64,000 nucleotides of DNA from a bacterium (GTDB lineage Bacteria; UBA8248). Location: assembly GCA_965219955.1 (NCBI GenBank), contig OZ244799.1:416001-480000 (forward strand), written 5' to 3'. Position numbers and translations under genes: made by a program. Shown here piece by piece: positions 18,025-28,413 of the stretch. The notes beneath the pieces were generated by a model. It worked only from the letters and a program-made list of their open reading frames with translations. It ran no database searches and was not told where the DNA came from. Every line of letters begins with the position of its first letter. The stretch's first letter is position 1.

Positions 18025-18938
18025 GCATTCTCCTCGATGAGACCACGCGCGTCGTCGTGGCGGGTATCACCGGCTGGCAGGCGCGCGCCCACACCGGCTT
18101 CATGCGGGCGTACGGCACGAATGTGGTGGCGGGCGTCGTGCCCGGACGCGCGGGCGAGGATTGCGACGGCGTTTCCGTCTACGACTCGTTCGCCACAGCA
18201 CTGGAAGCGCATCCGGCGGACGCCGCCGTCCTGTTCGTGCCGGCCGCCGCCGCTGCGGAATCGGCCATCGAGGCGGCGGGGGCGGGCGTCGGCATGATCC
18301 TCGTATGCGCCGAGGGCGTCCCCCAGCACGACGTGGCGCGGATGATCGCCCATGCGCAGCGCGCGGGGGTGCGCCTCGTGGGCCCCAACAGCCAGGGGAT
18401 CATCAGCCCCGGGCGCGCCAAGATGGGCGGCACGGGCGGCGATCTGCCCGTCACGAACCTCCTGTTCCGGCGCGGGCCGGTGGGTGTGCTGAGCAGGAGC
18501 GGGGGGATGGGCAGCGAGACCTGCTGGCTCCTGAGCCGCGAGGGGGTCGGCCAGAGCACCTACGTGAGCGTGGGGGGAGACGCGATGGTGGGCGCGCCGT
18601 TTTCGGAACTCATGCCCCTGTTCCAGAACGACCCCGATACGGAGTGCGTCGTCCTGTTCGGCGAACCCGGCTCATGCGCGGAAGAAGACGCGGCGCGCCT
18701 GATGAATGATGGCGGCTTCACCAAGCCGGTGGTCGCCTTCATCGCGGGGATGGTGAACGAGTCCGCCCCGAGCGGGGTGAGCTTCGGCCACGCGGCGGCG
18801 ATCATCGAGCGCGGCGAGGGTTCGCCCGCGAGGAAAAAGGCGCTGCTGAAAGAAGCGGGGGCCGCCGTGGTCGAGGACATGCGCGAGATTCCCGCCGCCG
18901 TGCGCGATGCGCTGGGGGCTGGATTTTCTCGCCCTTAG
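18021..18938 (+). CDS. Succinate-CoA ligase alpha-like subunit
   Basis: VVAGVVPG, GPNSQG, SRSGG, GGD, GEPG and phospho-His motif FGHA. Confidence 0.85.
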   Translation: MSILLDETTRVVVAGITGWQARAHTGFMRAYGTNVVAGVVPGRAGEDCDGVSVYDSFATALEAHPADAAVLFVPAAAAAESAIEAAGAGVGMILVCAEGVPQHDVARMIAHAQRAGVRLVGPNSQGIISPGRAKMGGTGGDLPVTNLLFRRGPVGVLSRSGGMGSETCWLLSREGVGQSTYVSVGGDAMVGAPFSELMPLFQNDPDTECVVLFGEPGSCAEEDAARLMNDGGFTKPVVAFIAGMVNESAPSGVSFGHAAAIIERGEGSPARKKALLKEAGAAVVEDMREIPAAVRDALGAGFSRP

Positions 18939-19038
18939 CTGATAATTCTAACCGGTATTCCCTGAAAAATCCGAAACTGGTGGTTTCGTATTTCGTCGTC
19001 CCCAAAAAATATTGTGTAAAGACAAGGAGAAATTGCAA

Positions 19039-20718
19039 ATGCCGAAAATGACAGGCGCCCAGGTCATGGCCGAGATGCTCAAGGGCTATGGCGTTACGCA
19101 CACTTTTCTGGTTCCCGCCGTACTGAGGCGCTCGATGGCCGAGATGGAAGAGCGCACGAACATCGCCCGCATCCAGACGCACGGCGAGAAATCAGCCGCC
19201 TATATGGCGGACGGCTACGCCCGCGCGGGCAAGAAGCCGGGCGTCTGCATGGCGCAGGTTATCGGCGCGCTGAACCTCGCGGCAGGTCTCAGAGACGCCT
19301 ATCTGGCGAAAGCCCCTGTGCTGGCCTTCACGGGCGGGCGCGTGCCCGAGACGAAGTTTAGAAAGGTCTACCAGGAGGTGGACGACGTTCCCGCCTTCGA
19401 GCCGGTGACCAAGTTCAACGCCACGGTGGACGACGCCTCGCGCTTCCCGGACATGCTCCGCCAGGCCTTTCGCACCGCCATGTCAGGATGCCCGGGGCCG
19501 GTGCATCTCCAGTTCGCGGGCAACGAGGGCCAGCTCGACATCGAAGAGGCCGAGATGGAGGTGATCATCGAGGAAGACTTCAAGGAGCTTCCCCCTTACC
19601 GGCCTGAACCGGAAATGGCGCGCGTGAAAAAAGCGGTCGAGCTGCTGGAGAAGGCCGAGCGCCCCGTCATCGTATCGGGCGGCGGCGTGCGCTCGTCGGG
19701 CGCTTCAAAGGAACTCATCGCCCTGGCCGAGAAGCTGAACATCCCGGTGGCGACTTCCCTGAACGGCAAGGACAACATCCCCGGCAACCACCCGCTCTCG
19801 GTCGGCGTGGTGGGCACCTATTCCAGAAAGAGCGCGAACCAGGTCGTGAACGCGGCCGATCTAGTGTTCTTCGCCGGCACCGAGACGGGCGGCATGACGA
19901 CCCACTTCTGGGCCGTACCGCCCATCGGCACGCCCGCGGTACAGCTCGACATCGAGCCGGAGGCGCTTGCGCGGAACTACCCGCTTCAAGCCGCCGTCCT
20001 GGGCGACGCCAGGGTGAGCCTCCAGAAGATGCTCGATGCGGCGAGCGGAGATTCCGCCGCCTCGCGCGCGGGCTGGGTGGAGCGGGCGCAAGCGTTCGTG
20101 CAGGGCTGGCGCGATGAGTTCACCGGGTATCTCGAATCGGACGCCGCGCCCATGCGCCCCGAGCGCATCTGCCAGGAGTTGACGGATTCGCTGCCTTCGG
20201 ACTGCGTCGTGCTGGCCGATACGGGCCACTCGGGCATGTGGATGGGCGGCATGTATGACCTCTCGCATCCGGACCAGAGCTACATGCGGAGCGCGGGCCA
20301 CCTGGGCTGGGCCTTCTCGGCGGGCCTGGGGGCGAAGTGCGCCGTGCCGGACAGGCCGGTGCTCACCTTCAACGGCGATTCGGGCTTCTGGTATCACCTC
20401 TCCGAGATCGAGACCGCCGTGCGCTGGAAGATAAACGCCGTGACGCTGGTGAACAACAACGCCTCTGGGAACCAGTCCAAGCGCGGCTTCGATCGCGCCT
20501 ACGGCGGCGAGCAGACCAGGCAGGCGTATGAGCTCTGGACGCTGAACGAGGTGAATTTCGCCGAGATCGCCGAATCCATGGGCGCGCTGGGCATCCGGGT
20601 GGAAAAGCCGGGCGAGCTCAAGAGCGCGCTCGACCGGGCGTTCAGCGCGAACCGGCCCGTCGTCATCGACTGCGTGAGCGACATCGAGGCCATGGCGCCC
20701 TTGGCCGTTACGGAGTAG
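19039..20718 (+). CDS. Thiamine-diphosphate enzyme (acetolactate synthase-like family)
   Basis: HGE..AAYMADGYAR, GPVHL and ThDP motif GDSGF...NN. Confidence 0.9.
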   Translation: MPKMTGAQVMAEMLKGYGVTHTFLVPAVLRRSMAEMEERTNIARIQTHGEKSAAYMADGYARAGKKPGVCMAQVIGALNLAAGLRDAYLAKAPVLAFTGGRVPETKFRKVYQEVDDVPAFEPVTKFNATVDDASRFPDMLRQAFRTAMSGCPGPVHLQFAGNEGQLDIEEAEMEVIIEEDFKELPPYRPEPEMARVKKAVELLEKAERPVIVSGGGVRSSGASKELIALAEKLNIPVATSLNGKDNIPGNHPLSVGVVGTYSRKSANQVVNAADLVFFAGTETGGMTTHFWAVPPIGTPAVQLDIEPEALARNYPLQAAVLGDARVSLQKMLDAASGDSAASRAGWVERAQAFVQGWRDEFTGYLESDAAPMRPERICQELTDSLPSDCVVLADTGHSGMWMGGMYDLSHPDQSYMRSAGHLGWAFSAGLGAKCAVPDRPVLTFNGDSGFWYHLSEIETAVRWKINAVTLVNNNASGNQSKRGFDRAYGGEQTRQAYELWTLNEVNFAEIAESMGALGIRVEKPGELKSALDRAFSANRPVVIDCVSDIEAMAPLAVTE

Positions 20719-20787
20719 GGAGGCGTTTTGTAGGGGGTTGTTGGAATGGTCACGGGAAGCGATTTTGAGGTTCACCCCCCGCTAGAG

Positions 20788-20954
20788 GGGGCTGTTGAAA
20801 AAGTCCCCTCAAGCGGTGGGGGTACGATGGTTTTGTAGGGACAACCCTCCGTGGTTGTCCTTCATCAGGACAGGCACGGAGGCCTGTCCCTACGGTAAAC
20901 AATTCGATGATCGGGATTCCCTCCCTTCCTCGGGAGGACTTCTTCAACAACCCC
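20788..20954. mobile_element. MITE-like composite with a GTAG REP pair
   Basis: GGGGCTGTTGAAAAA...TTCTTCAACAACCCC; the internal segment matches 63923-64000. Confidence 0.7.
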
Positions 20955-20979
20955 CTCAAGGGGGCATCTCAAGGAGTCG

Positions 20980-21909
20980 TCAGACCATCCGGGACGCGCT
21001 CGGCTCGTTCGCAGCGGCCAGCTTCCTTTCCAGAAACGCGCGCGTGACGCGGATAAATTCGTCGGGTTCGTCCATGAAGACGTGGTGGTGCGCGCCGGGG
21101 ATGACGGCGGTCTCGACGTGGGGAACCTTCTCGCGCACCCATTCGAGGGAATCCGATTTCAGGCGATCCGAGAGTTCCCCCGCCACGAGCAGGGCGGGGG
21201 TCTCGACGCGCTGCCAGCCGGCGCGCTGATCCGTCTCGGGGCGCGCCGCGTGGAATCGCCTGTCCGCCTTGACCGTCCAGGTGCCGTCGCCGTTCGGCCT
21301 TACGGCATGGCGCGCGATGTGGGCGATGGTCTCGGGGTTCACCTTGTCCGATGCGGGCAGGAGCCTGAATTTCTCGACGAACAGCTCCCGCGACGCCCAG
21401 GGTCTGGCGGGGCGGTTCCCGAACGCGCGCACCTCGGCGAGGATCGCGTCCGTCGTCCGGAGCGGGGAGTCCACGACGATCAAGCCCTCGATATCGGGCG
21501 GCTCGAGCGCGAAGAGGTTCAGCGCGATGACGCCGCCCATCGAGTGGGCCAGCATCCAGGGTTTCCTGCCGCTCGCCTCTTTGGCCCATTCCACCCAGGC
21601 GGCCACGTCGCGCAGCAGGTCCTCGAAGATGTATTCGTCCTGCCACCCGGTGTCCCCGTGGCCCCGGTGGTCCGGCGCCACGGGCCGGAGCATGTCCCTG
21701 TAACGGGGGGCGATGTGGTCCCACCAGCGCGCGTGGGCCGCGGCGCCGTGCAGCATGAGGATGACGGGCCTGTCCTCGCCCTCGCTCCCGTGGTCCAGGG
21801 CGTGCAGCCGCACGCCGTCTCTTTCGATGAAAACGCTATTCGGTTCCGACATTCGGTTTGACTCCAGGTTTCGTGACGCCGCTTCGGATTTCGGGGGAGA
21901 ATCCACCAT
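20980..21909 (-). CDS. Alpha/beta hydrolase
   Basis: LHG, DHRGHG, AHSMGG and GAHHH. The start may be 21852. Confidence 0.88.
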   Translation of the reverse strand: MVDSPPKSEAASRNLESNRMSEPNSVFIERDGVRLHALDHGSEGEDRPVILMLHGAAAHARWWDHIAPRYRDMLRPVAPDHRGHGDTGWQDEYIFEDLLRDVAAWVEWAKEASGRKPWMLAHSMGGVIALNLFALEPPDIEGLIVVDSPLRTTDAILAEVRAFGNRPARPWASRELFVEKFRLLPASDKVNPETIAHIARHAVRPNGDGTWTVKADRRFHAARPETDQRAGWQRVETPALLVAGELSDRLKSDSLEWVREKVPHVETAVIPGAHHHVFMDEPDEFIRVTRAFLERKLAAANEPSASRMV

Positions 21910-22000
21910 CGGCGCGGGAATGGCAAGCCTGATTGCTCTTTTGGATGTGATTCAGGGGAGGAGGCGGCGCTTTGGAGGCTGCTGAGAAAGGCCGCGCCAC

Positions 22001-22037
22001 CTCATCCTGAGTAGCGGCGAAGCCGCGTATCGAAGGA
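22001..22037. repeat. Family D palindrome (CTCATCCTGAGTAGC...CGTATCGAAGGA), single arm
   Basis: Same unit as the paired copies at 34235 and 40801. Confidence 0.75.
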
Positions 22038-22124
22038 TGCCCTCTCGCTCAGCGCGAGGCGTTCAACCCCCCTTACTCTCCCTATACAGGGGATATTGAA
22101 AAAGCCCACAGAAGGAGCATGCAA

Positions 22125-22317
22125 AATTTCACTCCCCCCTTGAGGGTCTGGCTTCCCGAGGGGAAAGCCAGACGAGGAAGCCGAGCGGTTTTTGCGAAGG
22201 CTGACTCGGTGGGGGGTGAATCGTGTTTAATCGCCATTCCGAATTATACCCCCCACCGAATCGCTTGCGGGCTTGCGCCCTTAGCTCTTCGACTCCCCCT
22301 CAAGGGGGGAGTGAATT
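22125..22317. repeat. Family B long palindromic element inside IS-like termini (22089-22424)
   Basis: TCACTCCCCCCTTGAGGG...CCCTCAAGGGGGGAGTGA; further copies at 30615, 33998, 40070 and 45886. Confidence 0.9.
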
Positions 22318-22461
22318 CTCTCACTTCGGCAGGAGGTGGCATTACCTCAAGGGGGAGTGAAGTCTCATTCCTCCCAGGTAAGTAAATAACCCGAATTAGG
22401 AAATCAAAACTTTTTCAACAACCGCCTTTATCGGGAATTTCGATTCGGCCCACTTGTCTTC

Positions 22462-23544
22462 TCAAGGCTCCAGGATGCGCACCTGCTCGCCTCGGAGGCC
22501 CACCACGACCTCATCGCCCACGGCGAAGGCGCGTCGGCCGGGGTGGTGGGTGTCGTCCACCAGCAGCGTGTCTTCCCCGATGGCGACGGAGTAGCGGAGC
22601 AGGTTGCCGAGGAACTCGCGGTGCTGCACCCGGCCGGTCAGGACGATTCCGGACACCGTCTCGCCGGATGCCGCGATGGCGACGTCCTGGGGCCGGAACA
22701 CGGCGGTCCGCTCCCCGCGCGCCGGGTGGGAATCTCCCGCCAGTGGCAGGACGATGCCGTTCGCCGCGGCGAAGCGCGCGCCGTCATCCCCCGCCTCGAC
22801 GCGCCCTTCCATGAGGTTTGCCGTGCCCAGGAAGTGGGCGACGAAGCGGTTCACAGGCTCGTCGTAGAGTTCCATGGGCATTCCCACCTGCTGGAGGACG
22901 CCTTCGTCGAGCACGGCGATGCGGTCCGAGATGGTGTTGGCTTCCTCCTGGTCGTGGGTGACGAAGATGGTCGTGAGCGCGAGTTCGCGCTGCAAATCCA
23001 GGATCTCGCGGCGCATCTGCACGCGCAGGTTGGCGTCCAGGTTCGAGAGCGGCTCGTCGAGCAGGAGCACGCGGGGCTCGACGACGATGGTGCGGGCCAG
23101 GGCGACGCGCTGCTGCTGACCGCCGGACAGCTGAGACGGCCGCCTTTCGCTAAGCTCCAGAAGCCCGACCATGTCCAGCGCAGCGTCGACGCGCTTCGGT
23201 ATCTCGGCGGAGGGCGTCTTGCGCTCCTCGAGACCGAAGGCGACGTTTCTGCGCACCGTCATGTGCGGCCAGAGGGCGTAGGACTGGAACACCATGCCGA
23301 CGTTGCGCCGCCAGGGCGGCAGCCTCGTCACGTCGTCCTCGCCGATGAGGATGCGCCCGCGGGGCGTCGGCCCGAAGCCCGCGACGGCGCGCAGCAGGGT
23401 CGATTTGCCCGAGCCCGAAGGCCCCAGGAAGGTGAACAGCTCGCCCGGTTCGATGCGCAGGTTCACGTCTTTCAGCACGTCGGTCGTATCGTAGGCGAGG
23501 CTCAACTGCTCGATGACGACGCTTGCGGCGTTTTGCGATGCCAT
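22462..23544 (-). CDS. ABC ATPase (Fe3+/polyamine/AfuC-type)
   Basis: GPSGSGKS, LSGGQQQR, LLDEPLSNLD and a C-terminal TOBE region. Confidence 0.93.
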   Translation of the reverse strand: MASQNAASVVIEQLSLAYDTTDVLKDVNLRIEPGELFTFLGPSGSGKSTLLRAVAGFGPTPRGRILIGEDDVTRLPPWRRNVGMVFQSYALWPHMTVRRNVAFGLEERKTPSAEIPKRVDAALDMVGLLELSERRPSQLSGGQQQRVALARTIVVEPRVLLLDEPLSNLDANLRVQMRREILDLQRELALTTIFVTHDQEEANTISDRIAVLDEGVLQQVGMPMELYDEPVNRFVAHFLGTANLMEGRVEAGDDGARFAAANGIVLPLAGDSHPARGERTAVFRPQDVAIAASGETVSGIVLTGRVQHREFLGNLLRYSVAIGEDTLLVDDTHHPGRRAFAVGDEVVVGLRGEQVRILEP

Positions 23545-23547
23545 GGG

Positions 23548-25263
23548 TCATACTCCCGCTACGATGGCCATGTCCGGCGTCTGCTGCGTTTCCTTGCGCT
23601 GGATGATGCGGTGCGAAACGTAGGTCGCGATTCCGACGATGAGCACGGCGATGATGCCGAGCGCGGCACCCGGGCCGCGGCCCGCCGCCGACTGCATGAA
23701 CTCGTAAATGCCGAAGGCGAGCGGGGCGTCCGATTCCTGCGAGACGAGCATGATGGTCGTCGAAAGCTCGACCGCCGCGGTGGCGAAGCTGGTGACGAAG
23801 CCGGCCACGATGCCGCCCGACATGAGCGGCACGACGACCCGGTAGATGGTGCGGCCCTTGGTCGCCCCCAAATTCTCGGCGGCCTCTTCGAGCATCACGC
23901 TCAACTGCTGCAGCGCCGCGACGCAGGCGCGCAGCGCGTAGGGCAGGCGCCGGACGGCGAGGGCGACGACGATGATGACCCACCAGGACGCCAGCGGCTT
24001 GTCGATGATCGGCACGTTGAACGCGTAGAAGGTGCGCAGGTAGCCGATGCCGAGCACCACGCCGGGGATCGCCACCGCTCCCATCGCGGCGTAATCGAGC
24101 CATTTCCGTCCGACCAGGTTCGTGCGCAGGACGATGTAGGCGATGGCGGTGCCGAAAATCACGTCGATGCCCGCGGCGAGTCCGGCGTAGAGCAGCGTGT
24201 TCGTGATGAACTCCGATGATTCGGAGACCACGCGCATGTAGTGCGAGAACGTGTAGGCGTCGGGCATCACGCTGAACGACCAGACCGTGCCGAGGGAGAG
24301 GATGGCGAGGCCGAAGTGCGGCGAGAGCACGAGCAGCAGGATGAAGATGACGACGCCGTAGCAGCCGGCCTTCTCCCAGGGTCTCAGGTCGCGCTTCATC
24401 AGCCCCCCGCCGCCTTTCTGCACGGTGGCGTAGTCCTTGCCCCGAAGCGCCAGGAAGGAGATCCAGAGCGCGAGCAGGGAGAAAATGACGAGGATGACCG
24501 AGATCACGTAGCCCATCGGGTCCGAGATGCCGATGGAGGCGATGCGCAGGTAGGCCTGGGGCGCGAGCATGTTGTTGATGTTGAGCAGCAGCGGTGTGCC
24601 GATGTCGTCGAACACCTTCAGGAACACCAGCGATGCGCCCGCGACGTAGCCCGGCATCGCCAGCGGGAACACGATGCGCCGGAACAGGCGCACCCCGCTG
24701 GCGCCCAGGTTCTGGGCGGATTCCTCCATCGACCGGTCGATGCTGTTGAGCGAGGCCGAGAGGTTCATGAGGATGAACGGGAAATAGTGGATGCTCTCCA
24801 CCAGGATGACGCCGTTCAGCCCTTCCATGAAGGGAATCGTGAAGCCGAACCACTCATCGAGCAGCAGGTTCACCGAGCCGTTCTCGCCGAGCAGCAGGAG
24901 CATCGCCACAGCGCCGACGAAGGGCGGCATGATGAGCGGGAGCACGCCCAGCGTCTGGATGAGGATGGCCCCGCCGAAATGGAAGCGCGTCGTGAAATAG
25001 GAGAGCGGGAGCGCAAAAACCGACGCCAGCACCACCGCCATCAGGGCGACGTAGATCGAATTGACGGCGGATTCCTGGAACAGGCTGTTGCGGAAGAAGT
25101 CGACGAAGTTGATGAGCGTGAGCGCGCCCGTGTTCGGGTCCTGGAAGGCGACGTAGATCACGTTCACGACGGGCACGACCAGGAAGGCGAGCAGGAACAG
25201 GCCGACGATGAGGCCCACCGCCGCCGGCCCCCACTGGCCGCGCGCCATCGCTTCCAGAGACAT
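23548..25263 (-). CDS. ABC permease, fused two-domain FbpB/AfuB type
   Basis: About 12 TM with two EAA loops (EESAQNLGA, EEAAENLGA). Confidence 0.92.
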   Translation of the reverse strand: MSLEAMARGQWGPAAVGLIVGLFLLAFLVVPVVNVIYVAFQDPNTGALTLINFVDFFRNSLFQESAVNSIYVALMAVVLASVFALPLSYFTTRFHFGGAILIQTLGVLPLIMPPFVGAVAMLLLLGENGSVNLLLDEWFGFTIPFMEGLNGVILVESIHYFPFILMNLSASLNSIDRSMEESAQNLGASGVRLFRRIVFPLAMPGYVAGASLVFLKVFDDIGTPLLLNINNMLAPQAYLRIASIGISDPMGYVISVILVIFSLLALWISFLALRGKDYATVQKGGGGLMKRDLRPWEKAGCYGVVIFILLLVLSPHFGLAILSLGTVWSFSVMPDAYTFSHYMRVVSESSEFITNTLLYAGLAAGIDVIFGTAIAYIVLRTNLVGRKWLDYAAMGAVAIPGVVLGIGYLRTFYAFNVPIIDKPLASWWVIIVVALAVRRLPYALRACVAALQQLSVMLEEAAENLGATKGRTIYRVVVPLMSGGIVAGFVTSFATAAVELSTTIMLVSQESDAPLAFGIYEFMQSAAGRGPGAALGIIAVLIVGIATYVSHRIIQRKETQQTPDMAIVAGV

Positions 25264-25293
25264 TCTTTCCCCTTCTCCGCGCAAGCGCGAGGG

Positions 25294-26643
25294 CTAGAGC
25301 ATGGACGCCGCCTTCACGGCCAGCGCCCTGGCCTTGGCGTAGTTGGCCTTGACCTGCGTGTCCCATTCACGTTCGATCTCCGCCTGGCGGCCCGTCACCT
25401 TCGTGGTCGCCTTCTTGCGCTTTTTCTTGAAGATCGCGTTGAATTCCTTCTTGCTCGCCTGGGCCGCGGTGATCGGCACCTTGGCGACGAGCGCCTTGGC
25501 CTCGTCGATCAGCTTCCTGGCCGCCATGTTCTTCTTTCCGCCCATCTGCGCCTCGGCGGCCTGGATGGCTTTCGTCGCCGCGCGCAGATCGCTCAAGCGG
25601 TAGGTGACCATCACGTCGAACAGCGAGTTGATGACGTTGTAGCGGTTTTTGGAGAGCTGCAGGTCGAACTTGACCGCGGAGCCGATGGACTTGTCCTTGA
25701 ACGGGTTCGGGAAGTCCTTGGGCGCTTTGGCGTAGGTCGCCGGGTTCACGGGCAGGCGCCTGATTTTCTTGTCGAGCAGCACTTCCTGGCCCGCGGGGGA
25801 GAGCAGGAACTCGATGAACGCCGCCGCGGCCTTGGGATGCGGCGCGTTCTTGACGATGGCGATGTTCGCGGGCACCAGCGTCGTCACCGGCGGGTAGATG
25901 AATTTCACCGGGAAGCCCGAAGCCTCGGACGAAAGCCCAAAGAAGTCGATCACGATGCCGAGGCCGAACTGGCCGGAGTTCACGCCGTCCGGCACGCCGA
26001 AGCTGCGCTCGGTGACGGTCTTGAAGTTGCCGGCGATGGCCTTCCACTCGGCCCAGCCCTTCTCCCAGCCTTTGCCCTGCAGGAGGGTTTCGACGGTGAG
26101 GTGGGTGGTGCCCGAGCGAGAGGGCGCGCTCATGCCGACGTGGCCGTGGTAGACGGGTTTGGCCAGATCGGCCCAGGTCTTGGGCTCAGGCAGCTTCTTG
26201 GCCTTCAGGTAGCGGGTGTTCCACATGATTCCGTAGCCCGAGGCCGCGAACCCCTTGTAGTAGCCCTCGGGGTCGTTGATCGGGAAGGCGCCCACCTTCT
26301 TGGGGATGCCCGTTACCTTCACCTTGTATTTCTGCAGGAGGTTGTCGCCCTTGAGCACCTCGAAGGCGTCGGGTGCCGAGGCCCAGAACATGTCGGAGCG
26401 GTTGTTGGAAGCCGTCTCCTGGAGATACTTGATGCCGGCGGTGGTCTTTTTCTTGAGCATCTCGACCTTGACGCCGGGGTGTTTCTTCTCGAAGGCTTTC
26501 TTGACCGTGGTCGTCGTATCCGGCGGATAGGACGTCACGATGACGAGTTTCTTCTCGAGCGCGAGCGCGCCGAGAGGCGCCGCCAGAACGGCGAGCGCCA
26601 GGCCGAAGGCGATGGTCCAGAGAGTCGTTTTCCTGATTGTCAT
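25294..26643 (-). CDS. ABC substrate-binding protein (AfuA/PgtC-like)
   Basis: Signal peptide; DMFWASAPDAF, PSRSGTTH, ERSFGVPDGV and GIVIDFF. Confidence 0.82.
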   Translation of the reverse strand: MTIRKTTLWTIAFGLALAVLAAPLGALALEKKLVIVTSYPPDTTTTVKKAFEKKHPGVKVEMLKKKTTAGIKYLQETASNNRSDMFWASAPDAFEVLKGDNLLQKYKVKVTGIPKKVGAFPINDPEGYYKGFAASGYGIMWNTRYLKAKKLPEPKTWADLAKPVYHGHVGMSAPSRSGTTHLTVETLLQGKGWEKGWAEWKAIAGNFKTVTERSFGVPDGVNSGQFGLGIVIDFFGLSSEASGFPVKFIYPPVTTLVPANIAIVKNAPHPKAAAAFIEFLLSPAGQEVLLDKKIRRLPVNPATYAKAPKDFPNPFKDKSIGSAVKFDLQLSKNRYNVINSLFDVMVTYRLSDLRAATKAIQAAEAQMGGKKNMAARKLIDEAKALVAKVPITAAQASKKEFNAIFKKKRKKATTKVTGRQAEIEREWDTQVKANYAKARALAVKAASML

Positions 26644-26769
26644 TGGATAATTCCTCCTCGTATTCCCTAAGGGGACTCATGTGTTGAGGCGTCAATGATA
26701 CTCGATGGATGGAAAGTATGAGTATACACAAATTATGTCAATAAGTGGAAGAATGAATGCCTGGAGGCT

Positions 26770-27975
26770 TCACCACGGGGCGGCTTTTTCCGCATCGAGA
26801 TGATCGGGCAATTGATACCTGAGGTCCTCGAGCATCGAAGCCTCGAGGAGGAAGGCGAATTTGTCTCCCTGCCATTTCTTGCCGAAGCCGGGCGCGATTG
26901 CGTGTATCACCTCCTGAATCCGGCGGGAGAATTTCATCCATCCCAGCAATCCCCTGGTCTGTATCTTCGGCAACGAGAGTTTATTCGAGAGTTCGTCGCC
27001 CAGAACCGCGCGGGAGACCCTGCAAACGTGCCTGACCATCGCGTCCTGCCCGGCGGAATCGGTCACCCCGGCGATCAGGGGCAAGGCGTTGATCAGCGCG
27101 TTCGCAATGGCGGCCGACTCTTCGCCCGGCGGCGGCTCGCACAAAGTCGCGAGCCGGACGAATTCGAGGGTTTTCTCGTAATCGCCCTCGAACAGAAGGT
27201 GTTCGGGCGCACCGAACAGATACGAGGCGTATCGCCAGGCCTGCATGAAGCCGTTTCGCGTCGCGTCATCGAGTTTCGCCCCTAAAATCTCGGCGTGCGA
27301 GAGCATGGTGGCGGAGAAGTTGGCGGCGGCGAGGGCCATGTGCGCGGAACTGAGCGGTGCGCCGTATACGGATTCGTCCCAGTCGCTCTCCTCGCGAATC
27401 AGGCGCCTGAGCCGCGCGTGCACCAGCCGGATGCGGACGGAGAGCTTCCAGCCGTCTCCCTGGCGCTCGAGCGCGTCGGGCAGCATGATTTCGATGAAGT
27501 GCCTCGTGTTCTGGCGAATCCGGCGCATGGCGAAACCGCCCAGAAGCCTCCCGCTGGCGTAGAGCGGCTTGGCGATCAGGGTGGAGGCGTTTCGCACCGA
27601 GACCAGGAAAAACGCGGGCACGAAGAGGTCCGAATGGGCGTGGAAGGCGCGGTAGCCCGGATAAAGCGCCTGCGGGTCGAACCACTCGGGTTTCTGCTCC
27701 AGATCATCGAAAAAACTGCGAAGCGCCTCCGGCGCATCCGCCAGCGCCTGCTCGTTCTGCTGCATGCCGGCCCGGATGAACCGGTTCGCGTCTTCCGCGT
27801 CGAACGCGGCGAGCGCGTCGATCACGGCGTCGGCGAACGCATCGTCGACCGTTGTCTGTTCGATGTATTTATTGGCGAGTTCGGCATTTACGGCGGCGGC
27901 TCTTTCATAACCTTCCCGATAGGCCGCTGGTATTGACAATTCCGCCATCGCGTCGTCCCGAAGGGGCTCGTTCAT
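26770..27975 (-). CDS. MpaB/rubber-oxygenase (Lcp)-like heme oxygenase family protein
   Basis: KPEWFD, RR..QN, GWKLSVRIRLVHARLR and WD...G.PLS. Confidence 0.78.
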   Translation of the reverse strand: MNEPLRDDAMAELSIPAAYREGYERAAAVNAELANKYIEQTTVDDAFADAVIDALAAFDAEDANRFIRAGMQQNEQALADAPEALRSFFDDLEQKPEWFDPQALYPGYRAFHAHSDLFVPAFFLVSVRNASTLIAKPLYASGRLLGGFAMRRIRQNTRHFIEIMLPDALERQGDGWKLSVRIRLVHARLRRLIREESDWDESVYGAPLSSAHMALAAANFSATMLSHAEILGAKLDDATRNGFMQAWRYASYLFGAPEHLLFEGDYEKTLEFVRLATLCEPPPGEESAAIANALINALPLIAGVTDSAGQDAMVRHVCRVSRAVLGDELSNKLSLPKIQTRGLLGWMKFSRRIQEVIHAIAPGFGKKWQGDKFAFLLEASMLEDLRYQLPDHLDAEKAAPW

Positions 27976-28091
27976 GCAGCCAACAGGAAAAAATCAACGG
28001 CAACACATATAGGTCAACGATGCGCTGGAGTCAACAAAAAACGCCTCCATACGATGACGCGGCGTTTTCATTGTTCCAGTCCCGACCTCCC

Positions 28092-28361
28092 GGGGTTGTT
28101 GAAAAAGATTGCAGGGGCGGTTCGCGAACCCCGGACAGGCGTAGGGGCCTGTCCGGCTACGGGCGAATGCGGTTTTGATCGTCATTCCGGCGAAAGCCGG
28201 AATCCATTTGCGGATGCGGGTGAATGAACGGCGGCGTTTCATTCCCCGCCGATGCGCAGGAACCCTGACGAAAGACAAAAGACGTAAAAATGGATTCCGG
28301 CTTTCGCCGGAATGACGGTGGTGGTCAATTCCGATCGGGGAGGGACTTTTTCAACAACCCC
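28092..28361. mobile_element. MITE-like composite with a family A doublet (different spacer), flanked by a CCTCCC direct repeat
   Basis: GGGGTTGTTGAAAAA...TTTTTCAACAACCCC with CCTCCC immediately outside both ends; CGTC pair at 28180-28317. Confidence 0.75.
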
Positions 28362-28413
28362 CCTCCCGGGCGGTCGAGGCCGAGGGGATGCCTGGATGAG
28401 GCGAAATGACGTC

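Noticed and set aside
16777-18938. Assigning sucC/sucD symbols
   Set aside because: Substrate-site motifs diverge and the context is not TCA.
24241-26670. 809-aa plus-strand ORF, and similar long ORFs (3063-4436, 22543-24219, 49262-50956, 12934-14349)
   Set aside because: Antisense or alternate-frame shadows of clear genes in high-GC DNA, with no recognisable motifs.
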